DNA of 64,000 bases, taken from NCBI GenBank assembly GCA_032718475.1, contig JAUCBJ010001692.1:1-64000 (forward strand). The letters are read 5' to 3'. Shown here in pieces: positions 12,850 through 24,900 of the stretch. The translations under genes and the position numbers were made by a program. The number at the start of each line of letters is the position of its first letter. Position 1 is the first letter of the stretch. Source of the stretch: Nemertoderma westbladi (taxonomy: Eukaryota; Animalia; Xenacoelomorpha). Under the pieces are notes generated by a model. The model did not search any database. It had not been told where the DNA came from and saw only the letters and a list, made by a program, of their open reading frames with translations.

Positions 12850-15800
12850 GGGCCTCTGATCCCCGCACCATCACCAAACCCCAAGCCCCGCCAACTGCGT
12901 CATCCACCCCGGATGCATAGGGAGCTAGACCGCACCAACGCAAACTGGAGCCGGCGGCGAATTCCTCCGAGGATGCATCCTAGTCCTCTCTCTCGCATTC
13001 CTTCTCTCCTGCTAACCAGTGACTCAGCGAGGTGACGGATCAGAATCTGCGTCTCATCGCACCAGACCCCATCTGTTGTTCCGGCGAGGGGGGTGAATTC
13101 CATCCGTCGGGCTTCGCAGATCGAGCGGTAGTGTTCCTTCTTTACATGGCAGCGAGCTTCAAGGATTGACGTGGTGGACCGGTTGGTCTGTGTATATGAT
13201 GTGGCGTCAGCGTTAATTAACACAACATCAAAAGACGCCACACGTTGGTTTGACCAGATACCCCGAGCCACCAGATCTGCCCGAACACCTCCAACTTCAA
13301 GGCCCTCACGATCGGTATGACCCCGGGAGAGTGTCACTTCTCGCTCCACACAGGAAGGACCAACCACCTCAGCCATTAGCTGGCCAAAGACTTCGCGAAC
13401 CTCGTCGTGTCGTTTGATCACAAGCCCTCCGGTTTTACAGCTCAAGGCATGGGAGGTTGTAAAGACACCCCCTTACCATTTGGCCACATTTGTTGTTGTC
13501 AACTCTTTTGACGTTTATCTGTCCGAAACTGAAACTCCTCGATCAATTTATGATTATAATAAATTTACTAAAGATAAATTCTTATCTGACATAAATAATC
13601 CTTCAAATTGGACATATAATGATGACGCTATTTTGAAAGAAGAAAAATTCCAAGTTTTTTACAACAATTTTAATTTAATTTGTGCCAACCATTTGCCGAA
13701 AAAAACAATAAACCCGAAATTAATTCCGAAAAAACCATGGATGACAACTAACTTGGTCAAATGTGTAAGGAGGAAAAATAAACTATACACTGCTTTCATC
13801 TCAAACCCGTCGGATACAAATCTTTCACAATATAAAACCTACCGAAACACTCTCACAAAAATTATGCGTAATGCCCAAAAAAGTTATTACGAAAATGAGT
13901 TTCTGAAAAATCAAAACAATAGCAAAAAAACCTGGAAAACAATAAATACGGCACTACAAAAAGATCCAAAACATTATCGTCCCCCGTGAAAATCAAGATA
14001 GATTCAATAGATTCAACTACAACTGATAAATCTATTATTGCTAATATATTAAATAAACACTTTGCATCGATTGGGCCGCAATTAGCGAGTAAAATACCAA
14101 AATCACAAAGGCAACCAACTCGTTATGTAAAAAATAATAAATTTAATTCTTTCTCACTCATAGAACCCAGTGAAACTGAAATAATATATTTTTTGTTAGA
14201 TATCGACAAAAATGTCTCAACTTTTGACGAGTTTCCTGTCTTATTGGTCAAATTAGCTGCCCACAGCCTTGCCCCTAACCTAACTTATCTCATTAACCTT
14301 TCAATTAAAAATGGATTCTACCCAGATGCTCTAAAAAAGGCTAAAATAATACCAGTTTTCAAATCCGGAGATCCAACCGATAAAAACAATTACCGCCCGA
14401 TATCAATATTACCCTTATTCACAAAGATATATGAACGTGTAGTCAATTCCCAATTACTGACCTTCTTAAACAAATACGACCTGTTATCACCATGTCAACA
14501 CGGATTTCGTAAACACATAACGACAACGGACGCTATTCTTACTGTTACGGAACAACTACAGGAAACACTTGACAACGGTAGCTCTGCATGTTTAATATCA
14601 GTAGACTTAAAGAAAGCCTTCGACACCCTACTGTACCACATGACATACTGTACTACTGAAAAAATTAGATTGTTACGGGATACGGGGACTTCCATTGCAA
14701 CTTAAAGGCAGCTTCTTACATAACCGCTCTCATATTGTCTCTATTGATGGTATTACCTCAGAACCAGCTTTGGCCCCTTGCGGTACCCCACAGGGGGCTA
14801 TATTAAGTCCCATTTTGTTTCTTATGTACATAAACGACTTACCGCTCTGCACAAAACTTTTCACCACACTCTTTGCAGACGACACAACTTTACTCTATTG
14901 CCATAGCAATACTGACACACTAATCTCGACAGTCAATACGGAACTCTCTAAATTAGACAATTGGCTCATTGACAATAAATTATCCCTAAACCTTAAAAAC
15001 ACTGAATATATAATCTTTAACAACTCTAGGAACTATATAACACCCAACATCACTATTAGATCCACTAATCTTACGGAAGCTACCGCCACTAAGTTTTTAG
15101 GTATATATATTGATAATAAAATTAACTGGTCGACTCATTGTGAATACATACTCTCTAAAATATCCAAATTATCTGGTATTTTCTTCAAATTGCGACACAT
15201 TTTACCTCTACACATTATGAGAACCCTGTACTTTGCACTAGTTCACCCTCACATACTGTACGGAATTTTAATGTGGGGAAATAGCTACAACTATAACACG
15301 TCGAAAATAAAAGTAAAAATAAATAAGATAATCAGAGCAATAACATTTAGCCATTACCAAGCGCATGCAGCACCTATTTATAAATCTCTACAAATCCTCT
15401 CACTAGAAAAATTATTTGACCTAGAAGTAGCTAAATTTATGTACGACATTAACAAACATAAGAAAACTGAAACCATGCAAAAAATATTCCGTCACACAAG
15501 TACAATACACAAATATTCCACGCCCTCTGCTTCTACACAAAAGTTCTTTGTCCCTCGTGTCCGCTTACAACTTTCCCAAAATTCTATAAAATATACAGGA
15601 CCTAAAATTTGGAATGATTTACCCTTAGAACTTAAAAACTCACTATCTAAAAATGCCCTAGCAAATAAATTAACAAAACGTTTTCTTGATACCTTGTCTT
15701 GAAGCTGGTAAAGATTCCACAAATAAAGTATCCACTTTGCGACTTAGGCATACTGTCCATACTCAAGTTAGACCTATACTGTATTTATCTATGTTTGACC

Positions 15801-17570
15801 TATATACAATAAAACATCTCCAATATATCCAATGTGCAGTATATTCCTGATGGGTCCCACTAGCTAGCAACTGTTTCATAAACATGTTTTTTTACATTCC
15901 GAGCACCTAAATTATCTCCTTTCGAATCTATCGAGTAACACCCCCCCCCCCCCCCCCGCCTCTCCTGATCAGTCCACTAAACCTTTCACAGTCATGCACC
16001 AGTGGAAACCTATACTAGCTTTGCTACAGCTGACCACTGGCTGCACCCCAACACCCCACGGCTACGGCATATTATCATTAGGCCTATCATATCACCCACA
16101 TTCATGAATAAATACTGATCAACCTTAAACATTTTATGGTGACCTTTGGTGTTGGGTTTTTGCAATATACTGTATAACGATATCGAAAGGCGAACTTCCG
16201 AAATTAAAGGCCCGGGCCTATCCCGGATTGAAAATTGAAATTGAAATTGACCCCCACACCCTTCACATTTGTCTGGAGTAGCTGGTGGGGTGAGGCCGTA
16301 ACGAAGGGCTAACCCATCTCTGAACTCGTCGGGACTCAGATCGGTGTGGTCCAGAACTGATGGCTGTGCTGTCAACCACCCCCCGATCTTGTATTTAACT
16401 GCACGCTCGACAGTCCTCCTCCGAGCCACAGGCAGCGATGAGACCACAGACTCCCGTTGCTGTTTATAGGCCTCTTCCTGATGGATGCGACTTTCCTGCA
16501 ATACACTTCGGAGGTGTGCAGCATGATTTGCTGTATTTAGAGGGCTTTGGGTGCAGATTGCTTCAGTAACAAGAGCTGACGCGCATACCGAGCCAGTCCG
16601 GGCAGGACCGACTCTCTTAAGGGGGTCCCGCAGACCAATCCCACCATGGCGTACGGGTAGGAGGGCAAGATCCCTCTCGATGACACTGTGTGCAGTACCA
16701 AACAAGGACGGGACAAAGTCCTGAATCAGTGCTGTGCGGATGGGGGCAATATCTTCTTCCACTGTTGGGGCAACTCTTAAAAGAAAATCCCATTCAGCTT
16801 GCACGCACCGGGACATCCCGGTGTGGGCGGCTTGGGGGAAGTCCTTGGCAACCTCTGAAAGTTTTTTGATGCTAGATACCCAGCCCTCTACTTTGCCTGC
16901 GACAAACTCCCTGCGTGCTGACTCATCCCCAATGAAGCCGCCCAGATAACGGTGGCCTAAAACCACCTGGACCCCACTGGGACCAAACAGCGTTTTGGCT
17001 GCCTCTTCAAGACCGGGTTTAATTATTAGGATGGATTTTGTAGGTTCTGGGTTATACCCTATATGAGGTCCCTGTCTGAGTAGCTCGGTCCACCACTCAA
17101 AGACTCCTGTGAGTGACCCTGCTGAAGAGGAGTCGTCAGCATACCATGATTGGCGTTGTGATGGGGCCGGTGTTGGTAATGTCAGGTTTGTTTGCGGGGT
17201 GGTTTGTTGTGGAGGGTGTGAAGGTTGGGCCAGAACCGGGACTGCACGGAGGTTGCGAATAAGTGGTAGTGTTGCACAGCCATACCCAAGCATAGCCAGA
17301 GGATCACCCTGGGTGAATCCCTCCTGACTCCAGAGTGGTGCGTCACTGCCTAGCATATAGAGGGCTGCATGGCCGTTATATGCATTATAGAGAAACTTAG
17401 ATGCCCTGTGCCAGTATTGCCGACAATTCCAAAGTGCTACTGGGCGACTTATTGCATTAAATGCATTCTTTGCATCAACTAATAGTAGCGCCTCGGTTGA
17501 ATCTTCTTCGAATATGGCATTCATCGCATGGACTGCTCCCTCAATACCTGCCTTTGTGCCTGCACATAGT
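12850..17570 (-). mobile_element. CRE-clade-like non-LTR retrotransposon (RT + CCHC + restriction-like endonuclease), 5'-truncated and split by a LINE
   Basis: The RT half (ORF 16010-17524) has LLVDAKNAFN, QGDPLAM and WYADD. The RLE half (12900-13445) has RHD..RADL..FDV..KKEHY..FTPLAGTTDG. Removing the insert restores the knuckle CEGCGG|VFTTSHALSC. Confidence 0.8.
13473..16249 (+). mobile_element. CR1-group (L2/Crack/Daphne-like) LINE, 5'-truncated, frameshifted ORF2
   Basis: Three consecutive ORFs with KPWMT, NYRPISIL, QHGFR, DLKKAFD, GTPQGAILSPILF, LFADD and KFLG; 3' tail of (attgaa)n; ACCCCC duplicated at both junctions. Confidence 0.9.
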
Positions 17571-17668
17571 GTAATAAATAGTTTATTTATCTATAAACAT
17601 TTAACATTTTTTTTTTAAAAATACTAATTATCAGGCTAGCTAGTGATTTTCCAAGTTAGCTACAGTAT

Positions 17669-18550
17669 TGTTCGCGCTTTTAGACCTTTAGCAGTTTAAC
17701 CTGCCAAATTTAGGTGTCTTCTAGGTTATAAATCGACTTTAGCCTATGACAAGTATTTGATACACATAAAACTACATTAGCCGAAGCCAGCCTATGCGCG
17801 ACCATTCACCCACTGGATTTACCCGGGAGACTGGATTCAGAAGCTCTGACCTTATTGCGGTGTAGGCCTACTATATTATTCGATTGATCGTTAATATATA
17901 ATCTCTGACAAATATTATTCACTTTCGGGAAATATTAACAGTTCCTTTAGGACGTGGCGCTCTAAGTATGTAAACAGAATTATGACTTACACTAAACACA
18001 ACGGGATGGCTATTGATTCACGTATAAAGCGCATTCTTTAGGAGATGCTTTGTTATCTATCACACTCATGCACACTACTGCACAATGCTGCACACCGATC
18101 TGCCGACCTTCACTAATTTTAATCATATATAAGGAGAACAGCCAATGACACATGTAGGGTCTATGAAATAGCATTCAATTCACTCCAAAACCACTATAAT
18201 GTAAGTCGCAATTGCTATATGTAACCGGTCTCTCTAACCTTCAGTATATCAAGAAGATTGGGGTTTTCTGATTATTTATCGATATTCTCCAAATATAACA
18301 ATATTCCATCAACTGATACAATTAATAACCGACAGTAAATAGCAGTAAAAATAATGCGGTGTTTGTATGTGACAATATGAGCAGTTTGTGATATGCAGAT
18401 TTGGTTTGCCAGTTTTGTTAACAGTTATACGTTTCTATGATCAAAGCCGTTCTAATGTTTGGCTAAAGTCTGAAACACAGAATAATTCCAAAGCCGGTGT
18501 TCTGGGCTTAGAAAGATACACACTGACTGAATTGTGTGAGTTTCTGTATG
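17669..18550 (-). repeat. Element B 3' LTR, distal part (continues at 31205-31513)
   Basis: Near-identical to 44834-45745. Confidence 0.95.
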
Positions 18551-19721
18551 TGTAAAAGCTTTTGCGTCATTAACCGGTTATTTTCCCTTAAAGTACTCTG
18601 TAGTTGGTTTACCAGGCATAAAAAGGCTGTGTCCTTGCTGTACTGGTGTTTTAGAGGACATAAAAGTCATTTCTTCTGTATTTGTACTTTAGAGGACATA
18701 ATCCGCAATCTCGTGACGCGATAAGCTAGATACTCTTGAAAACAGTGTCGCTACCATGACGACGGCTAACAGCTGATATTGCCACGTCGACATTTCTTTG
18801 TTTCTTTGTTCTCTCGTGGTTCGGTTGACCAATCAGAGCGTTTTTGTCTCTGTGTTGGAGGTATATACAGAACTCAGTAGTTCAGTGTTATGTTTTTTGC
18901 CCAGAGCCTAAGAACATCGGCTTTTGGCACCTCCGTATATCAGCATTCTTTAGCTTTACATTAGTAGGCTTAATTATAGAACGTATATCTGTTATCATAC
19001 AAATCAAACTACTTACAAACCAATTCAATGCTGTTCAGTGTTATTGTTTATATCTTACTAATATTACTGCTTTTGCTGTCGGTTGTTCATTATATTGGTT
19101 GATGAAATATTATATCGGAATACTGATCAATAGTCAGACACCCCACCTTCTTGATATACTAAAGGTTAGAGAGACCGGTTACAGATAAACGATTGCGACC
19201 TATGTTGAGTGGTTTGAAGTGAATCTAATGCTATTTCATATGCCCAACATAAATTGTCTGTTGCTCTCTTTATACGTGACCAAATTTAGTGAAGGTCGGC
19301 AGATTAGTGTGCAGTATTGTGCAGCATTGTGTATGATTGTAACTGATAACAAAGCATCTCCTAAAGAATGCGCCATATACGTAAATCTATAGCCTTTTCG
19401 TTGTTTCTAGTTTAAGTCATAACTCTGTTTACATATTTAGAGCGCCACGTCCTAAAGGAACTGTTAATATTTCCCGAAAGTGAATAATATTTGTCAGAGA
19501 TTATATTACGATCAGTCGAATAATACGGTAGGCTTACACCATCAATCATTAAGCTCCGAACTCAGTCTCCCGGGTATATCCAACGGGTGAATGATTGCGC
19601 ATAGACTGGCTTCGGCTAATGTAGTGTATCAAATACTCGTCATAAGCTAAAGAATATATATCATCCAAAAGACATCCTAATTTGGCAGGTTAAACTGTCA
19701 AAGGTCTTAAAAGCGCAAACA
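18551..19721 (+). repeat. Element A 5' LTR
   Basis: tgtaaaagc...gcgcaaaca; CCAAT motif accaatcagagcg at about 18829 is conserved in all LTRs of the family here. Confidence 0.95.
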
Positions 19722-19733
19722 ATAACAGATATA
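19722..19733 (+). promoter_or_regulatory. Non-tRNA primer-binding site of A, complementary to LTR-internal 18984-18995
   Basis: ATAACAGATATA directly follows the LTR CA, with no TGG. It is the exact reverse complement of TATATCTGTTAT in the LTR. Confidence 0.65.
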
Positions 19734-20002
19734 GCTTCTGGATTGCGGTGTAAGCAATCTAGTCGAAAGTACCGGTCGACCGGTAACCAGTAGGCCTGAC
19801 TGCCTGATCATCCGGACCGGTACCTACAACAGTACAGGTACAGCAGTATTATTCGATTTGATTATTATATGCCGGTAGGTCTTAATAATTAATCGGGGAC
19901 GCCTGGTTTTTATTGGGATTTTACTTAGGCCTATTTCTGTCAGTTTTATTTATTTGTAGGCCAGTATTGAGCAGAAGGCGTGTAAGCCTGCTCAGATTGT
20001 GC

Positions 20003-20575
20003 AGATAATTTGTAGGCTTGACTGTTGGCAAACTGTTGATTAGGTTTGAACGGATTGCAGTGCATGTAGAGTGTATGTCCGATAAAGAACGGTTAGGAAG
20101 TAGGGGCAGCCATAGCTGTAAGGTAAACCCCCATCTAAAGAATAAGTCGTACTACTGGGTTAGAACGCATACTACTTAACCATTTCGGAGTCTGCATGTC
20201 CTGTGGTTTATTTAGGCTTGATAGTAGTCTGCCATCGTTTAGTCTGTACTTTGTTTGTGTAGTCTGTACGGGTAGCGTATAATTTTATTTAGATAATTTG
20301 TAGGCTGGATAGTTGTCTGGCTGCTGTTGGGTTTGAGGAAATTTCGGTGTGTGTAAAGCATCTGTCCGATAAAGAACGGTTAGGAAGTAGGGGCAGCCAT
20401 AGCTGTAAGGTAAACCCCCATTTAAAGAATAAGTCTTACTACTGGGTTAGAACGCATACTACTTAACCATTTCGGAGTCTGCATATACCGTAGTTTGTTT
20501 AGGCTTGATAGTAGTCTGTCAGTATTTGGTCTGCATTTTGTTTGAGTAGTTTGTACGCGTAGCGTAATATTTATT
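20003..20575 (+). repeat. 288-bp tandem duplication in the 5' leader of A
   Basis: Units start with agataatttgtaggct at 20003 and 20291; B has a single copy (about 44265-44550). Confidence 0.85.
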
Positions 20576-21910
20576 ATTCAGAGTTTATGCTATTATTCGC
20601 AACATTCATATCCCCAAGTTTATTCCTACAGTAATTGTGTTTGTTATACATACCGTTATAGTTAAACTAACCCCGGTACTACATCAGGGCTGCTCGGCGT
20701 AGGTAAAGACTGGTGATTTTGTGCACCGGTCACTCTGGCAGATACCGTGGTTCTTTTAGCTGTTCAAGTATTTTTAACTACTGATTATTTGTTGTACAAG
20801 TACTTGTACCTAATTTAGGGTTTAGTGTACAGTGCTTTCCGAAAGCAATTAGTGTATAGGCAGTGTATTTGTGTTGTAAAGTGGTTAATAGGCACGTTGG
20901 TTCTGGTAGACCGCGGTAATTAACTTCTAGGTAGGGACACTCCGTGATACATAACGTAGTACCTATAGCGATACGGTTATAGGTCGTCAGGCGGTGGTAT
21001 TTTCCTATCTGGACAACGCAGTATATTTACTACTACTTATTATTTTCAAATACCGTAGTAACCTGTCCGTTGTAATAACCAGATATTCTAACCCTTTGTT
21101 AGGCTGGTTAGTAGACTTCTTGTAAAATTACCCTAAAAATTTGTATTTGTGTATTTGTAATTAAATTTTTGTGTTTACTTAGAGATTGTAATCTCAACCC
21201 GAATTGTACGTAATTTGTAGTATTAAGTAACTTAGGTAAATTAGAATTATTTGTTTTAGTGTCTAACAAGTAGCACTCCACTGAGAGCGCACAGCTTATG
21301 TGTAGTGACTCCCCCAGAAATAATAACATTTATTTCAACATTGACAAAAACCCATTTCAACGGGTATATATATATTATAAATCAACTCAAACGATTTATA
21401 AATAGTAGGCCTGCCATACAACAATTAGGTCTCAATATCAGTTGGACTACTGCTTAAATAACGGTAATAAAGTAAGTTAAAGTAACCAAGTAACCATTAA
21501 AATTCAGAAATTCAATTATTTAAAATAATTGATATACCGGTATTTACAATATGCTTATTACCTTTATTTTCATAAACTTAAGCTGAAATCATACCGGTAT
21601 TCTGTAATTAATTCTAGTTAATAATTATACTTATATATACTATAAGTGTAAACTGCATACCGGTATCCACGATAGGCCTATTATATATTTATATATATTT
21701 GTGCTAAAATTATATACCGGTATTCTGTGAAAAACCTAGTCTGTAATAATACTTATATATACCCTAAGTATACCGGTATTCTAATATTATATATCACGCT
21801 ACACTGAGTAGCAGTATCGGTAATTAATTACTAGGCTAGCAGTTAACACTGAATTACTAGACTTGCTTTGACTGTAATATAGCAGTAGGCATTCAACTGT
21901 GCAAACAAAC

Positions 21911-24900
21911 ATGTCTGATACTAAGCAGAACATGTCAGACAGTTTATTAGATGTAACTATCTGCGACTCAGATAAGGGTGTAGAACCGTCTACACCTAAG
22001 TTCACCTCCCACTGTGAGGAAGGTCATCCCTCCAGTAGTAATAACAGAACCGAGGCTGGTCCAACATCGTAGGTCTATCATAGGCACTCGAGCTCAGGTC
22101 AAGCGGGACCAAGAAGCAGCGGAACAGCAACAACTTGCGAGCCAAGAACTTATTTCTCAGCGGCCCAACAGCTCCAGTAGTGAGGATACTGTAGAGCTGA
22201 CACCCGAGCGCGGAGCAAGGATGACGGATGCGGTTTATTCGGATCCCCTTCTCATCCTTCCTGCAGCCGTACTCACTAGGTTATTGATCGCTGTAGAAGA
22301 ACACCAGATCGATTGGGCGAGAAGTAAGCGATCAACTAAAGATAGTTATGAGGGATACACAAGGGAAGAACTGAAGTCTATGGTCGAGTCGCAATGGAAC
22401 TTCCCCGGACCCGGACTCCCGTTTGATTTATCAGAAGCTGCCTGGGAAGACATACACCGGATGGGAGTAGCCAAGGAAACCATCGATCCAGCTGTGTGGA
22501 AGAGGTCCGCAGCCGGATACGCACAGGGATTCTTCAGCTCTATGGAGCGAGTAAAAGAACAACTGTTTCAACAACCTCAAGGACCTCAAGAGCAGGGACA
22601 ACTGCTTTATCAAGTTAGAGAAAGAATTCTGCAAATTAGGCTAATCTTATCGGCCTTCGAGGAGGCTTCTAAAAGAAGACAAGACACGTCGTTGCAAGTT
22701 GCCGTAAAGACTTGGTTTCAACGGGTGAGTCGCCAGGTTCAAGGAACAGCTCAGTGGAAAGCTCAGCTGGAGGAGCGCTCAACCCATGGAGAATCAACAG
22801 ACGCTACTTTTTCCCAAGTGGAAAGTGAAGCGACGGCAGAGAAACCGCATAAGAGGGATGCCATTGACATCTATCTGTCAGACTATCAACGTTTTTTAGG
22901 TGATGAAGAGTTGAGGAGAAGGTTAGAGGGGCTTAGCCCTAATAGTGAAGGAGCCCAGCGTGTGTTGGACGCAATCGATGTGGATAGGTTAGCTGCGAAC
23001 CAAGCTAAATTCAATGAAAGCATCCGCATCGCTAAGGTTCAAGAAGAACAAGTAAAGAAAAAACGTATAGAAGATAGAAAGAAAGCGGCAGAGGCAGCGG
23101 CAGAGGCAAAAGCGGCAGCGGCAGAGGCAAAAGCGGCAGCTGCAGCAGTAGAAGCCGAAAGAAAGGCGGCCGAAGCGGAAAGAAAGGTGGCAGCTGCAGC
23201 AGTAGAAGCCGAAAGAAAGGCGGCCGAAGCGGAAAGAAAAATAGCAGTGGCAGAAGCAGAACGGAGGGCATCTGAAGAGACAACCCAACTAGAGTTGGAA
23301 AATCTTCAAGAGAGACAAGACAACTTTAATAAACAGTTAACAGCTAGTAATATGCAGATGATGAATCGATCTACTCCCAAAAGACAGGGATATACATCAT
23401 CTGAGGAAGGCGATACCACCGATACTGAAGGCAAAGGAAATAGATCTCACTTAAGCAGACGTAAAAGAACATTCCAACGTCAGAAATTGCCTGATTTGCC
23501 TCCAGCTGTTAGAAGGCAACTAAATAACACCAACTTAGGTAGTACAGAACCCACAGACCAAATAATTACAATAGAGAGACTCCCTACTATAGTAGATGAG
23601 CCTGAAATAGTTAGGCCTGTTCCCGAAGCCACCCTTTCGGTCGTAGAGACACCTTTACTCCCTGAACCTACCTCTCAATTCCCGTTGCACAGCACTAAGC
23701 TACCTGTGCCCAGCAGAACAGCCCATGAGACAGTTCATGCCCTGGACTCCGAGCGAAATATTCATGATTTGTCGCCCGTTGTCCCTCGTCCGCCCGCTAC
23801 AACGTTGGCGGATCCCGTTTCGGCGGTTGATTGGGTGGACGAGAGACGGCGGGGGATGGACATTCTCCTCGAAAAGATGGAGGAGAATCGAGTACGCTCC
23901 TCCCAACAGGTCCGAGAGTTAGAAGGGACTGTTCAACAGTTAAAGGGAACCGTAAAGGAAAGTAGGTTAGAGTTGCAAGAAGTACAGCAAAATATCGCGC
24001 TAGAACGTGATAAATTAGTAAATTTACAAAAGGGTATACCACCACCCCTTGTAACAATGTGTCAACCTGTTAGGTCTGAAGTATCTCATGCGCAAGGTGT
24101 GGAGCCTACACGCATCTATACTGCTAGCGAAGTAGAAACTCCTATAGTGAACCCTATTAAGGGTAATTATAGACCTGTTGATAATGATATTCTCTATAGA
24201 CCGGATCATAATCCGAGAAATTTATATACCGATAACTCGATATTAAATAACACGATGGCCCAAGAAAGTTTTACGCGTCAAATGGCTAGAACCGAAGCCC
24301 GGCAAGCGGTAAAGGTGGGAGAGATCGTCAAGTTCAATGGAGATGAGATGAAATGGTTACCTTTTAATGAATATTACAAAGATAACATACAGAACTCTGT
24401 GCTATCTAATGGAGAGAAACTTAGATTCCTCATCGAGTGCTTGGAAGGATCTCCCAAGTTAATGGCGTTAAAGTTTATTGGACATCCTGACGGATTAAGA
24501 CAAGTTTGGGATACACTAAAATCAGGTATGGTAATAGGAATAACATAGCTGGGTATTTGTATGCAAAGTTAGTAGCGCCCCGAAAGTTTATTAGCAGCGG
24601 GATTATAGAGTTTTCCGACGAGATTCAGGAGATCTGTAGACAATTAGATTGGCTAGGTAAGTCTCATGAGTATCAGAGTGCTATGGTTATTAGAGCAGTG
24701 GCTTCTACTTTACCGAAGGGTGGAGTAGGTACACGCTGGGATAAGAAAGTGTTATATATGATGGAACAACAACGACGAGACCCTACCATGGCTGATCTCA
24801 TGTCATTCCTAGATGGAGAAGTGAAATTACAGCTCCTGAAACTGTCCAGAGAGAAGACACCGGAAAACAAGGTAAGTGAAAAACCCGTCGCTAGGAGAAA

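Noticed and set aside
18536-19188. ORFs inside the LTR (62 and 114 aa), duplicated at 29992-30671
   Set aside because: They have non-ATG starts, are duplicated only because the LTR is, and are not preserved in the B, C or D LTRs
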